This document shows positions 17,095-27,410 of a DNA stretch of 32,000 bases, one piece after another; the stretch's first letter is position 1; each line of letters opens with the position of its first letter. The position numbers were made by a program, and so were the translations under genes. The notes below the pieces were generated by a model, which had not been told where the DNA came from, searched no databases, and saw nothing but the letters and a program-made list of their open reading frames with translations. Origin of the DNA: an uncultured Clostridia bacterium (GTDB lineage: Bacteria > Bacillota > Clostridia > TANB77 > CAG-508); assembly GCA_947623725.1 (NCBI GenBank), contig CANQHI010000010.1, forward strand, positions 7,130 to 39,129, in the 5' to 3' direction.

Positions 17095-19009
17095 GTTACA
17101 AGATAATGGTTTTTATAAAGAAAAATACTGAAAGTTAGTTGTTGTAATGGTTCTGCAATAAAAAATTAATATATTTTTTTCATAATTATTTTTTCAAAAA
17201 ATGTTACATTATATGAAAAGCTTTAATTTGAGTATATTTACTTAATTAAGGCTTTTTTATGTAATTTTCAATTAAAAAAACAAAAAAATAATAATTTAAT
17301 CTGTATATCGTTTTTAATGCTGTAATTTTCTTGTAACGCTATTGAAACGTGCATTTTTAAAGAATATGTAGTATAATTATCACATCAGAAAGGTGGTGAT
17401 TTTATATGATATATTCTGAAAAACAATATAAGGAATTAGAAGCACAATTAAAAAAATTAAAAAAAGAAAATGAATTAAAAGATAGAGAAAATAAATTATT
17501 AAAACAACAAAATAAACAAAAAGATGAAATAATATATGATTTAGATAAAAATAATTATAAAAGACAATGTGAAAGTTTAAAACAAGAAAATATAGAACTC
17601 AAAAAAAAACTAAAGATATACGAAGAAAAATTCGAGATGCAGAGAATCAGCTTAGAAAAAAATAGCAGTAATAGTTGCAAGCCATCATCAACAAATGGCT
17701 TAAAAAAAGTAGTTCAAAATAATCGTGTAAAATCAGGAAGAAAACCAGGGAGAGAAAAAGGACACTTAAGATCAGCTCCAACAGTAAGTAAAACACCAGA
17801 TAAAGTTATTAATGTGTCAAAAGTAGCAACATGTATATGTGGAGAAAAAACAAAAGAAAGAGAAGAAATATCAAGAGATTTAATATCACTAGAAATAATA
17901 GTACATACAACCCAATATAGAGGAAGAAAAACAGTATGTCCAAAATGTAAAAAAGAATATATGCCAAAATTTCCAAAAGAAGTAAAAAACACAATAAATT
18001 ATGATGAAGCAATAAAAGCATTAGTAGTATACTTAAATTCATATTGTAATGTACCAAATCAAAAGACAGTAGAGCTTATAAGTTTATTAAGCAAAGACAA
18101 AATAAAGATGAGTCAAGGAACAGTAGGGAATACAATTTCACAATTCAGTAAAAAAAGTAAACCAATTCTAAAAAAGATGAAACAAGAAATCTTAAAAGCC
18201 CCAGTAATAAATGAAGATGAAACACCAATAAAAGTTAATGGTAAATTTATGAGTGTAATAGGAGTATTTACAAAAGGAATATCCGTACTAGAAGCATTTG
18301 AGCATAGAAGTCTTGAAAGTTTTAAAGAAATGGGGATATTGGATAGATATATAGGAACAGTATGTCATGACCATAATAAAATACATGATTCATTTACACA
18401 ATCAAAACAAGCAGAATGCAATTTTCATATATTAAGATATTGTAAAGGAGAATATGAAGTACATAAAAGAGAACCCATAAAAAATTTTATGGATTATATG
18501 TTAAGGTTGAGAGAAAAAGTAGATGAATATAAAATAGAAGGAAAAACATCATTCACTGAAAAAGAGTATAGTGAAGCAAAAAGAGAATATTTAGAATTGT
18601 TAGATAAATGGGATAAAGAATTCAAAAAAGAATATGATTATGATAAAAAACAATATTATGATAGTGAAAGATGTTTAAAAGCAAGACTAAGAGAACGAGT
18701 AGATGATCATTTAAGATTCTTAAGGGATTTTCGAATAGATTTTACAAATAATTTAGCAGAAAGAGGATTAAGAAAAGTAAAAACGAAAATAAAAATAGCA
18801 GGAGGATTTAGAAAATTAGAATTTTCTAGATATTATTGTGATGCAATAAGTATAATAGATACATGTAAAAAGCAAAGTAAAAATATAGGGGAAACAATAG
18901 AACATATATTTAGAGGAAAGAAAAAAATATTTGCATTTTAAAAATAAGCGAGCCTTCCTATCTCAAGGAAAGCCCGTTATTTTTTTATTTAAAAGTATTA
19001 TCTAGTAAC
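17095..19009 (+). mobile_element. IS66-family insertion sequence (single-ORF type), 1915 bp, with 8-bp target site duplication
   Basis: Left end gttacaagataatggttttta (17095-) versus reverse complement of right end gttactagataatactttta (-19009): about 17/21 matching. Flanked by identical AAGATTAT at 17087-17094 and 19010-17. An 8-bp duplication is the IS66-family norm. Confidence 0.8.
17406..18941 (+). CDS. IS66-family transposase
   Basis: 511 aa. N-terminal coiled coil, zinc-finger cysteines (CICGEK ... CPKCKK), NEDETPIKVNG, CNFHILRY, and the family-typical TNNLAERGLRKVKTKIKIAGGFR. Confidence 0.88.
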   Translation: MIYSEKQYKELEAQLKKLKKENELKDRENKLLKQQNKQKDEIIYDLDKNNYKRQCESLKQENIELKKKLKIYEEKFEMQRISLEKNSSNSCKPSSTNGLKKVVQNNRVKSGRKPGREKGHLRSAPTVSKTPDKVINVSKVATCICGEKTKEREEISRDLISLEIIVHTTQYRGRKTVCPKCKKEYMPKFPKEVKNTINYDEAIKALVVYLNSYCNVPNQKTVELISLLSKDKIKMSQGTVGNTISQFSKKSKPILKKMKQEILKAPVINEDETPIKVNGKFMSVIGVFTKGISVLEAFEHRSLESFKEMGILDRYIGTVCHDHNKIHDSFTQSKQAECNFHILRYCKGEYEVHKREPIKNFMDYMLRLREKVDEYKIEGKTSFTEKEYSEAKREYLELLDKWDKEFKKEYDYDKKQYYDSERCLKARLRERVDDHLRFLRDFRIDFTNNLAERGLRKVKTKIKIAGGFRKLEFSRYYCDAISIIDTCKKQSKNIGETIEHIFRGKKKIFAF

Positions 19010-19156
19010 AAGATTATTATAAATATTTAATTTTTATATTGCAAATTATTAAAAATAGATGTAAAATATATAGCATATAAATATAAAATAATAATTAATA
19101 TTCTTTATTTTAAGTTATTAAATATTATTTATTTTTAGGAAAGGAATGATATAAGA

Positions 19157-22100
19157 ATGAAGGAGTTTATTAAGAAATCTTTTCTTATTTTACTTATTTT
19201 AAGTGTTTTTTGTACGAGCTTTGTTTTTGCAAAAGAGGATGTATCATATCAATATAATAATGAAAATATAGAGACAGTTGGTAAAACAGAAAATTCAGAA
19301 AAAAATGAAGAAGAAAAATCTGTTCCTACTACAGAATTTATTATTGAAGATAATAAAGACGAAAAATCTTTAGATAAAGACACAAGAATCCCAAATATGA
19401 ATTCCGGAATAGCTACTATTGCAGAAGGAATTACTTCTGTTGATAGCAATTTTACAACAAAAACATTAAGTGATGGAACATTATCAATAACTGGTTATAA
19501 AGGAGATGTTGATATATTAAAAATACCATCACAAATCAATAATAAAAATGTTACGGAGATAGCAGCACAAGCATTCTATAATATGACAACATTAGATAAA
19601 GTTGTTATTCCTGCTACAGTAAAAACAATAGGTGATTATGCATTTTATTATTCACATAATTTAAACGATGTAACATTAAATAGTGGTCTTATAACTATAG
19701 GCAATAGTGCATTTAGATATACAAGTATTTATAGTATTACAATACCAAACACTGTAAAAACTATAGGAACTTATGCTTTTTATGATTGTTTTCTTTCAAA
19801 TACTTTGACTATACCAGACTCAGTAGAAACAATAGGAAATTGTGCTTTTGCAGATAATTATGGATTAACAAAAATATCTTTAGGAAAAAATTTATCTAGT
19901 TTAGGAACTAATGTTTTTTATGAGAATCCTAAAATTGAAAGCTATAGTGTCAACTCTGAAAATAAAAATTTTTCTGTAGAGAATGATGTTTTATTTAATA
20001 AAAATAAATCAGAATTAATTTTATATCCATCAGCAAAAGCTGATACTACATATCAAATTCCAAGTTCAGTAAAAAAGATAAAAGAAACAGCTTTTTATGG
20101 AAATAAAAAAATAACAGAAATAACAATGCCAGATAATCTTACAGAAATAGAGACAGGAGCATTTGTTAATTGCACAAGTTTAAAAAAAGTAACTTTAAAT
20201 AAAAACTTAAAGTCAATACCAGATTATGCTTTTAATAATACTGGAATTGAAGATATTAATATACCAGCGAGTGTAACATCATTAAATTCAATAGCCTTTA
20301 TAGGAACAGCTACATTAAAAAATATAAATATTGATCCAAATAATTCTGTATATAAAAGTGATAATGGAATAGTCTTTTCAAAAGATGGAACAAAATTATT
20401 AATGTATCCAAGAGGAAAAACAGATGCAAGCTATGCAATACCAGATACAGTAAAATCTATTGGAGAAAGTGCATTTATTGATGCAAATGTAACATCTGTT
20501 ACTATACCAAATGGTGTAACCAGTTTAGGAGATTGGTGTTTTTCAAGAAGTAAACTTACATCAATAGTTCTTCCAAGTAGCATTACATCAATGGGAAATG
20601 GATCATTTGTTGAATGTAAAGATATGGTAAGTGCTAAAATAGATGCTAATGTAAAAGTACTTCCTTATGAAAGCTTTTTTAAATGTGAAAAATTAAAAGA
20701 AGTTACATTTAACAATAACATAGAAGAAATTAGCAATTTAGCATTTGCTTTATGTACTAGTCTAGAAAGTATTACACTTCCAGAAAGTTTAAAAAGAATT
20801 GAATATGGATTTGAAAAATGTAGTGGAATAAAAAGTGTAGTCATTCCAGCTGGAGTGGAGCATATTTCAGAAAGCTCATTTGATGAATCGACAAATATAG
20901 ATATTTCAAAAACAAAGTTAAAGAAATTAGACAATGGTGCATATGCAATTATTTATGATGTATATTTAACAGGAACATTCTATTATGACAAGGCAAAAGA
21001 AGTTTTTGATCAATTAAATCAATATAGACAAGAAAAAGGTTTATCAACTTTAACATTAGATCAAGATTTATTTGCAGCTGCTATGGAAAGAGCAAAAGAA
21101 ACTGGATTGTATTTTGATCATGGTCGTCCAAATGGAACAATGTGCTATACAGCTTGCAGTAAAATGGATGCTGAAAATATAGCAGCAGGTTCATCAACAT
21201 CAACAGGTGCAATGAATCAATGGAAAAACTCTCCAGGACATAATTCTAATATGTTAAATGCAAGTTGGAAGAGTGTAGGAATAGGTTGTTATTGTACTAA
21301 TGGAGTATATTATTGGGTACAATGTTTCTCATCAGAAGCCGGAAATAGTCAAAATGTAATACCAAATAATAAAACAGAAAAACAAAAAATACAAACATTA
21401 GATGACAAGATAGATTTTTATTATAGAGATAGTAAAGATATATCATTATTTGAAGGAGAAACTACAAATTTAGGAAACATATATACAGTAAATACAGGAT
21501 GGGAATTAGTTATAACTCTTCTAGAAAAAGAAAGTATGCAATATACAAGCAGTAATACAAGTGTTGCTACAGTAGATAATAATGGAAAAATAACTGCTGT
21601 AGGAAAAGGAAAAACTGTAATAAAAGCATCTATTGGAAGTAAGTCTTTAGATATAAATTTAACTGTAAATAAAAATATTCCAGACTATGGAAAAAAAGTA
21701 ATAACAGCAATAGAGAAAGAAGGAACAAATTATACAATGAATGTATTAATGTCATCAAACAATCCTTCAAATGGTAATGCAAATATATTAACAAGAAAGA
21801 AAGTTGTAGAGTTATTGCAAGCTAAATGCAAGCAAAATGGAATAGTAAGTAAAATATATAAAACAGATGGTAGAACAGAAATAACGAAAGATACAGAACA
21901 AGTTGGAACTGGATATAAAGTAAAATTATCAGATGGAAATGAATTAACTGTAGTAATGTATGGAGATGTAAATGAAGACGGAATGATTGATACAAGTGAT
22001 ACAGTTTATATAGCAGAATACAATGTAAGAAGGAGAACATTAGATAAGTATCAAATAAAAGCAGCAAAATTGACCGATGATAGTGAAAATGTAGATACAA

Positions 22101-22210
22101 ATGATACAGTAAGAGTAGCATATTACAATGTAAATAATTTAAAAACAGACAAAACAGGTAAAGCAATATTAGATATGCAATTATATCCAGAAGATTACTT
22201 AGGGGAATAA
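19157..22210 (+). CDS. Secreted mosaic surface protein: signal peptide, BspA-type leucine-rich repeats, CAP/SCP domain, Big_2 domain, dockerin-like C-terminus
   Basis: 1017 aa. Signal peptide ILLILSVFCTSFVFA. About 20 repeats of the pattern IP.sVt.Ig..AF..c..L..v.l. CAP-like YRQEKGL..L..D..L...A..RA...HGRPNG...ENIAAG....GAMNQWKNSPGHNSNML..SWKSVGIG. Big_2-like SSNTSVATVDNNGKITAVGKGKTVIKA. Dockerin-like GDVNEDGMIDTSDTVYIAEYNV plus DDSENVDTNDTVRVAYYNV. Confidence 0.8.
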   Translation: MKEFIKKSFLILLILSVFCTSFVFAKEDVSYQYNNENIETVGKTENSEKNEEEKSVPTTEFIIEDNKDEKSLDKDTRIPNMNSGIATIAEGITSVDSNFTTKTLSDGTLSITGYKGDVDILKIPSQINNKNVTEIAAQAFYNMTTLDKVVIPATVKTIGDYAFYYSHNLNDVTLNSGLITIGNSAFRYTSIYSITIPNTVKTIGTYAFYDCFLSNTLTIPDSVETIGNCAFADNYGLTKISLGKNLSSLGTNVFYENPKIESYSVNSENKNFSVENDVLFNKNKSELILYPSAKADTTYQIPSSVKKIKETAFYGNKKITEITMPDNLTEIETGAFVNCTSLKKVTLNKNLKSIPDYAFNNTGIEDINIPASVTSLNSIAFIGTATLKNINIDPNNSVYKSDNGIVFSKDGTKLLMYPRGKTDASYAIPDTVKSIGESAFIDANVTSVTIPNGVTSLGDWCFSRSKLTSIVLPSSITSMGNGSFVECKDMVSAKIDANVKVLPYESFFKCEKLKEVTFNNNIEEISNLAFALCTSLESITLPESLKRIEYGFEKCSGIKSVVIPAGVEHISESSFDESTNIDISKTKLKKLDNGAYAIIYDVYLTGTFYYDKAKEVFDQLNQYRQEKGLSTLTLDQDLFAAAMERAKETGLYFDHGRPNGTMCYTACSKMDAENIAAGSSTSTGAMNQWKNSPGHNSNMLNASWKSVGIGCYCTNGVYYWVQCFSSEAGNSQNVIPNNKTEKQKIQTLDDKIDFYYRDSKDISLFEGETTNLGNIYTVNTGWELVITLLEKESMQYTSSNTSVATVDNNGKITAVGKGKTVIKASIGSKSLDINLTVNKNIPDYGKKVITAIEKEGTNYTMNVLMSSNNPSNGNANILTRKKVVELLQAKCKQNGIVSKIYKTDGRTEITKDTEQVGTGYKVKLSDGNELTVVMYGDVNEDGMIDTSDTVYIAEYNVRRRTLDKYQIKAAKLTDDSENVDTNDTVRVAYYNVNNLKTDKTGKAILDMQLYPEDYLGE

Positions 22211-22253
22211 TCATTATTAATGAATAAAAATAATATGAAAATTTAAAATAAAA

Positions 22254-22301
22254 AATGAACCTGAAATGTTAGAAAAATAACACATAAAGGTTCATTTTTT
22301 T
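22254..22301 (+). terminator. Terminator after the LRR protein gene
   Basis: Stem aatgaacct (22254-22262) / aggttcatt (22288-22296), followed by a T-run. The loop is long (25 nt). Confidence 0.5.
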
Positions 22302-22313
22302 ATAAATTTTTGC

Positions 22314-22342
22314 TTGCTTTTTTAAAAGTGTTTTAGTATAAT
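22314..22342 (+). promoter_or_regulatory. Candidate gyrA promoter
   Basis: TTGCTT (22314-22319), 17-nt spacer, consensus TATAAT (22337-22342). SD AAGGGAAGAGG before ATG 22378. Confidence 0.55.
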
Positions 22343-22377
22343 AAAGAGGTAAAAATAGCAAGGGAAGAGGTATGTAA

Positions 22378-24873
22378 ATGGACGAAAATGAAGGAACAGA
22401 AAATAATCAAGAGAAGATAATAAATAGAGATATTCAAGATGAAATGAAAACTGCGTACATTGATTATGCTATGAGTGTTATAGTTCAACGTGCTTTACCA
22501 GATGTTAGAGATGGTTTAAAGCCTGTTCATAGAAGAATTTTATATACAATGTATGAAGATGGATTGACAACAGAAAAACCATATAGGAAATCTGCTACCA
22601 CCGTTGGTGACGTTTTAGGTAGATATCATCCACATGGAGATTCATCTGTTTATGATGCAATGGTAAGACTTGCACAAGATTTCTCACTAAGATACCCATT
22701 AATTGATGGACATGGAAACTTTGGTTCTATTGATGGTGATGGAGCTGCTGCATATCGTTATACTGAAGCAAGAATGTCAAAAATTGCAGAAACAATGCTT
22801 ACAGATATTGAAAAAAATACAGTAGACTTTATGCCTAACTTTGATGGAATAAGACAAGAACCAACTGTTTTGCCTGCTAAACTTCCAGCATTACTTGTAA
22901 ATGGATCTTCAGGAATTGCCGTAGGTATGGCAACTAATATTCCTCCACATAACCTAAAAGAAGTTTTAAGTGCAGTAGTTAAAATGGTTGAATATAAAGA
23001 AAAAGATGAAGAAATTTCTGATGAAGAACTTTTAAAAATAGTAAAAGGACCAGATTTCCCAACAGGTGCTACTATTTTAGGAAGAGAAGGAATAAAGGAA
23101 GCATATTTAACAGGTAAAGGAAAAATAATTTTAAGAGCAGAAGCAGAAATTGAAGAAATGCAGGGAAATAAACAAAGAATTATTGTTTCTTCATTACCAT
23201 ATCAAGTAAATAAAGCTAAACTTATAGTAGATATTAATCAATTAGCTAGAGATAAGAAAATTGAGGGAATCTCAGAAGTAAGAGATGAATCTGATAGAGA
23301 AGAAAAAGTTAGAGTTGTAATTGAATTAAAGAGAGATGTAAATGCTAGAGTTATTCTAAATAAATTATATAAAAATACACAAATGCAAAACTCTTTTGGA
23401 ATTATAATGTTAGCTCTAGAAAATAATGTTCCAAAAATATTAACATTAAGAGAATGTTTAGATAATTATATTAAACACAGAAAAAATATTATTATAAGAA
23501 GAACAAAATTTGACTTAGATAAAGCATTAGCTAGGGCACACATATTAGAAGGATTAAGAATAGCTATTGATAATATTGATGAAGTTATTAGAATTATAAG
23601 AAATTCTTATGATGATCCAAAAGAACAATTAATGCAAAGATTTGGATTAGATGATATTCAAGCACAATCAATATTAGACATGAGATTAAAAACATTATCA
23701 GGTTTGCAAAGAGAAAAAATAGAAGAAGAATATCAAGAACTAATGAAATTAATAGCACATTTGAGAGAAATTTTAGCAGATGAGAAATTAGTTGATGATA
23801 TAATTAAAGAAGAATCTCTTGAAATGATTGAAAAGTATGGCGATGAAAGAAAAACAAAATTAGTTGCAGCAGAAGATGAGTTTGAAGATGAAGACCTTAT
23901 TCAAGAAGAGCAAACAGTAATTGCTTTAACCCATTTTGGATATATTAAAAGAATGCCATTAGATACATATAAGAGTCAAAGAAGGGGCGGAAAAGGAATA
24001 ACAGGTATGACAACAAGAGAAGAAGACTTCGTAAAACAAATATTTACTGCTTCTACTCATGACATTGTATTATTCTTTAGTAATAAAGGAAAATTGTATA
24101 AATTAAGAGGATTTGAAATTCCAGAGGCAGGTAGAACTACTAGGGGCACTGCAATTGTAAATCTTTTATCATTAGAAGGTGGAGAAAAAATAACAGCAGT
24201 TATTCCAATAAAAGAATTTAATGAAAATCAATTCTTATTAATGGCAACAAAACAAGGATTAATTAAGAAAACACCATTAATTGAATACAACTCAGGAAAG
24301 AAAACTGGATTAATTGCAATAACTCTAAAAGAAGATGATGAATTAATTGATGTTAGATTATCTGATGGAAATAACAATATCGTAATGGTTACTAAAAAAG
24401 GAATGAGTATAACATTTAGTGAAAAAGATGTAAGGCCAGTGGGAAGATCAGCACAAGGTGTTATAGGAATGAGACTTGATAAAGAAGATGTAGTTATTGG
24501 AATGGAATCAATTAATGAAAATGATAAAGAAACACTACTTGCTATTACAGAAAATGGATTCGGAAAAAGAACAGAACTTGAAGAATATAGAGTACAAACA
24601 AGAGGCGGAAAAGGAGTAATAACATATAAGGTAACACCTAAAACTGGAGACATTGTTGGAATTAGAATAGTTGATGAAGAAGATGATGTTTTAATGATTA
24701 CAGATGGAGGCATTGTAATTAGAATTAAAGCTAATGAAATAAGTGTTTTAGGAAGAAATACTCAAGGAGTAACTTTAATGAGAACATCAGATGGCGGAAA
24801 AGTTGTTAGCATAGAGAAAGTTCAAGAAGAAAAAGAAGTTGAAGAAATAGTTGAGGACAAAAAACAAGAATAA
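22378..24873 (+). CDS. gyrA: DNA gyrase subunit A
   Basis: 831 aa. [43 protein letters not shown], active-site [12 protein letters not shown]-terminal beta-pinwheel repeats, acidic tail. Confidence 0.97.
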   Translation: MDENEGTENNQEKIINRDIQDEMKTAYIDYAMSVIVQRALPDVRDGLKPVHRRILYTMYEDGLTTEKPYRKSATTVGDVLGRYHPHGDSSVYDAMVRLAQDFSLRYPLIDGHGNFGSIDGDGAAAYRYTEARMSKIAETMLTDIEKNTVDFMPNFDGIRQEPTVLPAKLPALLVNGSSGIAVGMATNIPPHNLKEVLSAVVKMVEYKEKDEEISDEELLKIVKGPDFPTGATILGREGIKEAYLTGKGKIILRAEAEIEEMQGNKQRIIVSSLPYQVNKAKLIVDINQLARDKKIEGISEVRDESDREEKVRVVIELKRDVNARVILNKLYKNTQMQNSFGIIMLALENNVPKILTLRECLDNYIKHRKNIIIRRTKFDLDKALARAHILEGLRIAIDNIDEVIRIIRNSYDDPKEQLMQRFGLDDIQAQSILDMRLKTLSGLQREKIEEEYQELMKLIAHLREILADEKLVDDIIKEESLEMIEKYGDERKTKLVAAEDEFEDEDLIQEEQTVIALTHFGYIKRMPLDTYKSQRRGGKGITGMTTREEDFVKQIFTASTHDIVLFFSNKGKLYKLRGFEIPEAGRTTRGTAIVNLLSLEGGEKITAVIPIKEFNENQFLLMATKQGLIKKTPLIEYNSGKKTGLIAITLKEDDELIDVRLSDGNNNIVMVTKKGMSITFSEKDVRPVGRSAQGVIGMRLDKEDVVIGMESINENDKETLLAITENGFGKRTELEEYRVQTRGGKGVITYKVTPKTGDIVGIRIVDEEDDVLMITDGGIVIRIKANEISVLGRNTQGVTLMRTSDGGKVVSIEKVQEEKEVEEIVEDKKQE

Positions 24874-24879
24874 AAACTA

Positions 24880-24909
24880 AAAAATCGGATATTTTTATCC
24901 GATTTTTTG
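24880..24909. terminator. Bidirectional terminator between convergent gyrA and the loader gene
   Basis: Stem atcggata (24884-24891) / tatccgat (24896-24903), loop tttt, A-run before and T-run after. A second hairpin lies at agcattag (24921-24928) / ctaatgct (24939-24946). Confidence 0.75.
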
Positions 24910-24989
24910 TTATATAAAAAAGCATTAGATATAAATAACTAATGCTTAAAAAAATAAAATAACGAATTTTCATTGTATAACAATAAAAA

Positions 24990-26000
24990 TTAAGCTTTAA
25001 TTTTTTTCTTTATTCTAATATCATCTCCAAAAAAGTAACAAGCATTATAATTACCTATAATTCTAGAAATTATGCGTTCTTCATAAATATCATACATATC
25101 TTGAAGTGAAAGATTTGTTGAAATAATAGTTTTTGTAATTTTATTTGATTGATTTAGAAGTCTATTATTAATAATATTAAATAGCTCCGTATTTTTTAAG
25201 CTATTAATTGTTTCAGTTCCTAAATCGTCTATAATAAGTAAATCAACAGAATTAATAACATTACATATATTTTTATCTGTTTTTCCAAATTTATAATCAA
25301 TAATACTATCAAGCATTATAGGAGCAGTCTGATATAAAACAGTTTTTCCTCTTGAAATTAATTCGTTACTTATACAAGAAGATAAAAATGTTTTACCAAG
25401 TCCGGGACTACCACAAAATAATAGATTTAATTCATCAGGAGAATCAAAGTTTTCTATAAAATTATCACAAATTTCTTTAATAGCTATCATATTTTGTCTA
25501 GGAGAAATATCTTTGTTATATTTCTCTTTATCAACAATATCAGAATAGAAATCTAATTTAAAATTTTTAAAAGTTTGATTTCTTAAATCATAAATATTAG
25601 CATTATTATATTCCATATTGTATAATTTTTGCTTTATACAATTACATAAAGAAGATTTACCATTAGGTGATTTTACATAACCGGTATCATTACATTTATT
25701 ACATTCAAATTTAGGTTCTAAATCCTTAGAAGAAAGATTATGATTTTTTAAAATTTGTAATCTTTTTTTTCGCAAATCAGAGATTTGTTTTTTTAAATCA
25801 TCTATAATTTTTTTATTGTTTTGAGAAGTCAAGACTAATTTTATAGATTTTATAGATAAAGAATTTATATCATTATCAATCTTTTCTAATTCAGGTATTT
25901 TATTATATATATCAATTTTTTGTTGTCTTGCCTTAAAAATAGCCGAAGATCTCTTTTGATTATATTCTATTAAAAGAGATTTTAGGTTGTCAGTGTTCAA
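24990..26000 (-). CDS. DnaC/DnaI-like helicase loader (IstB-like AAA+ ATPase with N-terminal zinc motif)
   Basis: 336 aa. CNKCNDTGY...CNC cysteine cluster, Walker A GSPGLGKTFLSSCI, Walker B LLIIDDLGTE. Confidence 0.85.
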   Translation of the reverse strand: MNTDNLKSLLIEYNQKRSSAIFKARQQKIDIYNKIPELEKIDNDINSLSIKSIKLVLTSQNNKKIIDDLKKQISDLRKKRLQILKNHNLSSKDLEPKFECNKCNDTGYVKSPNGKSSLCNCIKQKLYNMEYNNANIYDLRNQTFKNFKLDFYSDIVDKEKYNKDISPRQNMIAIKEICDNFIENFDSPDELNLLFCGSPGLGKTFLSSCISNELISRGKTVLYQTAPIMLDSIIDYKFGKTDKNICNVINSVDLLIIDDLGTETINSLKNTELFNIINNRLLNQSNKITKTIISTNLSLQDMYDIYEERIISRIIGNYNACYFFGDDIRIKKKIKA

Positions 26001-26047
26001 AATATACCACCACCTCGTATTATATATTTATAGTATTTAAAATCTTT

Positions 26048-27001
26048 TTAGATATTGCTATAAAAATTATTTAAGTTATCATATGTTCTTTGAGAAAAGC
26101 TACTCTTTTTATTTTTTTCGGTCTTTTGTATAGGTTTATTTTTTTGATTTTCCATATATACTGTAATTTTATTGACAGTATTTAAGCCTTTTTCATGCCA
26201 GTCAGATAAAAGTTTATCGATATATTCAAAACTTGGATTAAATTTAGAAGTAGTCTTTTTTAAAGCAAGTTCAATTATATCCATTTCATAACCATAAGTA
26301 ATTGTCCATTTTGAAACATAAGCTTCTTCATATTCTGATAAATTTCTAGATAATCTTAGTTTTTTCTTAATAATATTAGCTATAGACTTTACTTTTTCTT
26401 GCTTTTGATAGTATAAATCTAAATCAGAAAAGGTTTTTATATTATTTTTATTCCAAGCCTCTGCAACAGTAGATATATAAGATCTATGTAAAGCTGATTT
26501 ATTGAAACAATATCTAAATAAAGCTATCATAACTTCTTCATCAAATCCGTATTTTTTAAACCATAAGTCAATATCTCCATACCAAGATGGTGACATCACT
26601 CCTTGGAAAAATTCGTTATTGATTGTTTCAATAGCAGTTGCACGACTTTTACTGTCTGCAATTTTCTTTAAATCAGTAGAAGATAATGAAACTTTAGGTT
26701 TGTAAACTTTATTAAGTTCAATATCTTGGAGATTTGCAACGATAAATCCTTGATTTTTTCTAATCAGCAATCCAATATCTTCCCAATATTTTATACCATC
26801 TTGAATTATTTTTAATGGAAGTTCTAATTTCTTAGATAAATCATTTATTTTTATATCTTTATTATATTTTGATAAGAAAAATAAATATAAATAGATCTTA
26901 ACATAATCACCATTTGCTTGTGATAAATATTCTGTAAAAAATACATCTGGTATATTAGTTTGAGAAAATATTAATGATGAATCGTTTTGTTCTAGTTTCA
27001 T
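26048..27001 (-). CDS. DnaD-domain replication protein (B. subtilis DnaB/DnaD-like)
   Basis: 317 aa with two DnaD/DnaB_2-type repeats: MIALFRYCFNKSALHRSYISTVAEAWNKNNIKT and IIELALKKTTSKFNPSFEYIDKLLSDWHEKGLNT. Confidence 0.8.
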   Translation of the reverse strand: MKLEQNDSSLIFSQTNIPDVFFTEYLSQANGDYVKIYLYLFFLSKYNKDIKINDLSKKLELPLKIIQDGIKYWEDIGLLIRKNQGFIVANLQDIELNKVYKPKVSLSSTDLKKIADSKSRATAIETINNEFFQGVMSPSWYGDIDLWFKKYGFDEEVMIALFRYCFNKSALHRSYISTVAEAWNKNNIKTFSDLDLYYQKQEKVKSIANIIKKKLRLSRNLSEYEEAYVSKWTITYGYEMDIIELALKKTTSKFNPSFEYIDKLLSDWHEKGLNTVNKITVYMENQKNKPIQKTEKNKKSSFSQRTYDNLNNFYSNI

Positions 27002-27060
27002 ATTTATTAATCTCCATTTCGTAAAGCTTAAAAGACTTATCTGCCTCTTTTGTAAATCAA

Positions 27061-27089
27061 ATTATATCATTATAAATCGGCTTTTACAA
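27061..27089 (-). promoter_or_regulatory. Candidate promoter for the DnaD-like gene, abutting the TcpE-like stop codon
   Basis: On the minus strand: TTGTAA (27089-27084), 17 nt, consensus TATAAT (27066-27061). Confidence 0.5.
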
Positions 27090-27368
27090 CTATTTATATA
27101 AATAAATTTTGGGCTTAAAAAAATATTTTATAATATAAAATAAACAGTATAATATATTTTCATGATTAAATCCGATTATACTAAAAAGAAAAATTGGAAA
27201 ATAGAATATGACAATAAATATAATTTTTAAATTTAAAGATTTAAAAATTGTATTAAAAATAAAAAATATAAACAAAAAATAAATTATGTTAAAAATCATC
27301 GTTGGATAATCAATTATACCTAAAATCTTATTTTTAAAATTATAATTTGTTGGAAAAATATATTTCAT
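27090..27368 (-). CDS. Small two-helix membrane protein, TcpE/Orf17 (VirB3-like) candidate
   Basis: 92 aa. N-terminal YIFPTNYNFKNKILGIIDYP followed by two hydrophobic helices and a C-terminal KPKIYLY. This matches my recollection of the TcpE-family pattern. Position in a T4SS block. Confidence 0.5.
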   Translation of the reverse strand: MKYIFPTNYNFKNKILGIIDYPTMIFNIIYFLFIFFIFNTIFKSLNLKIIFIVIFYFPIFLFSIIGFNHENILYCLFYIIKYFFKPKIYLYK

Positions 27369-27410
27369 ATTAAATAAGTCCTTTTTAATTTTTTTTTAAT
27401 TACTAAAAAA

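Noticed and set aside
17325-17350. Possible parS (ParB-binding) site around cttgtaacgctattgaaacgtgc.
   Set aside because: It matches only a half-site fragment (gaaacgtg) of the TGTTNCACGTGAAACA consensus and lies inside the IS66 element. No full parS was seen in the window.
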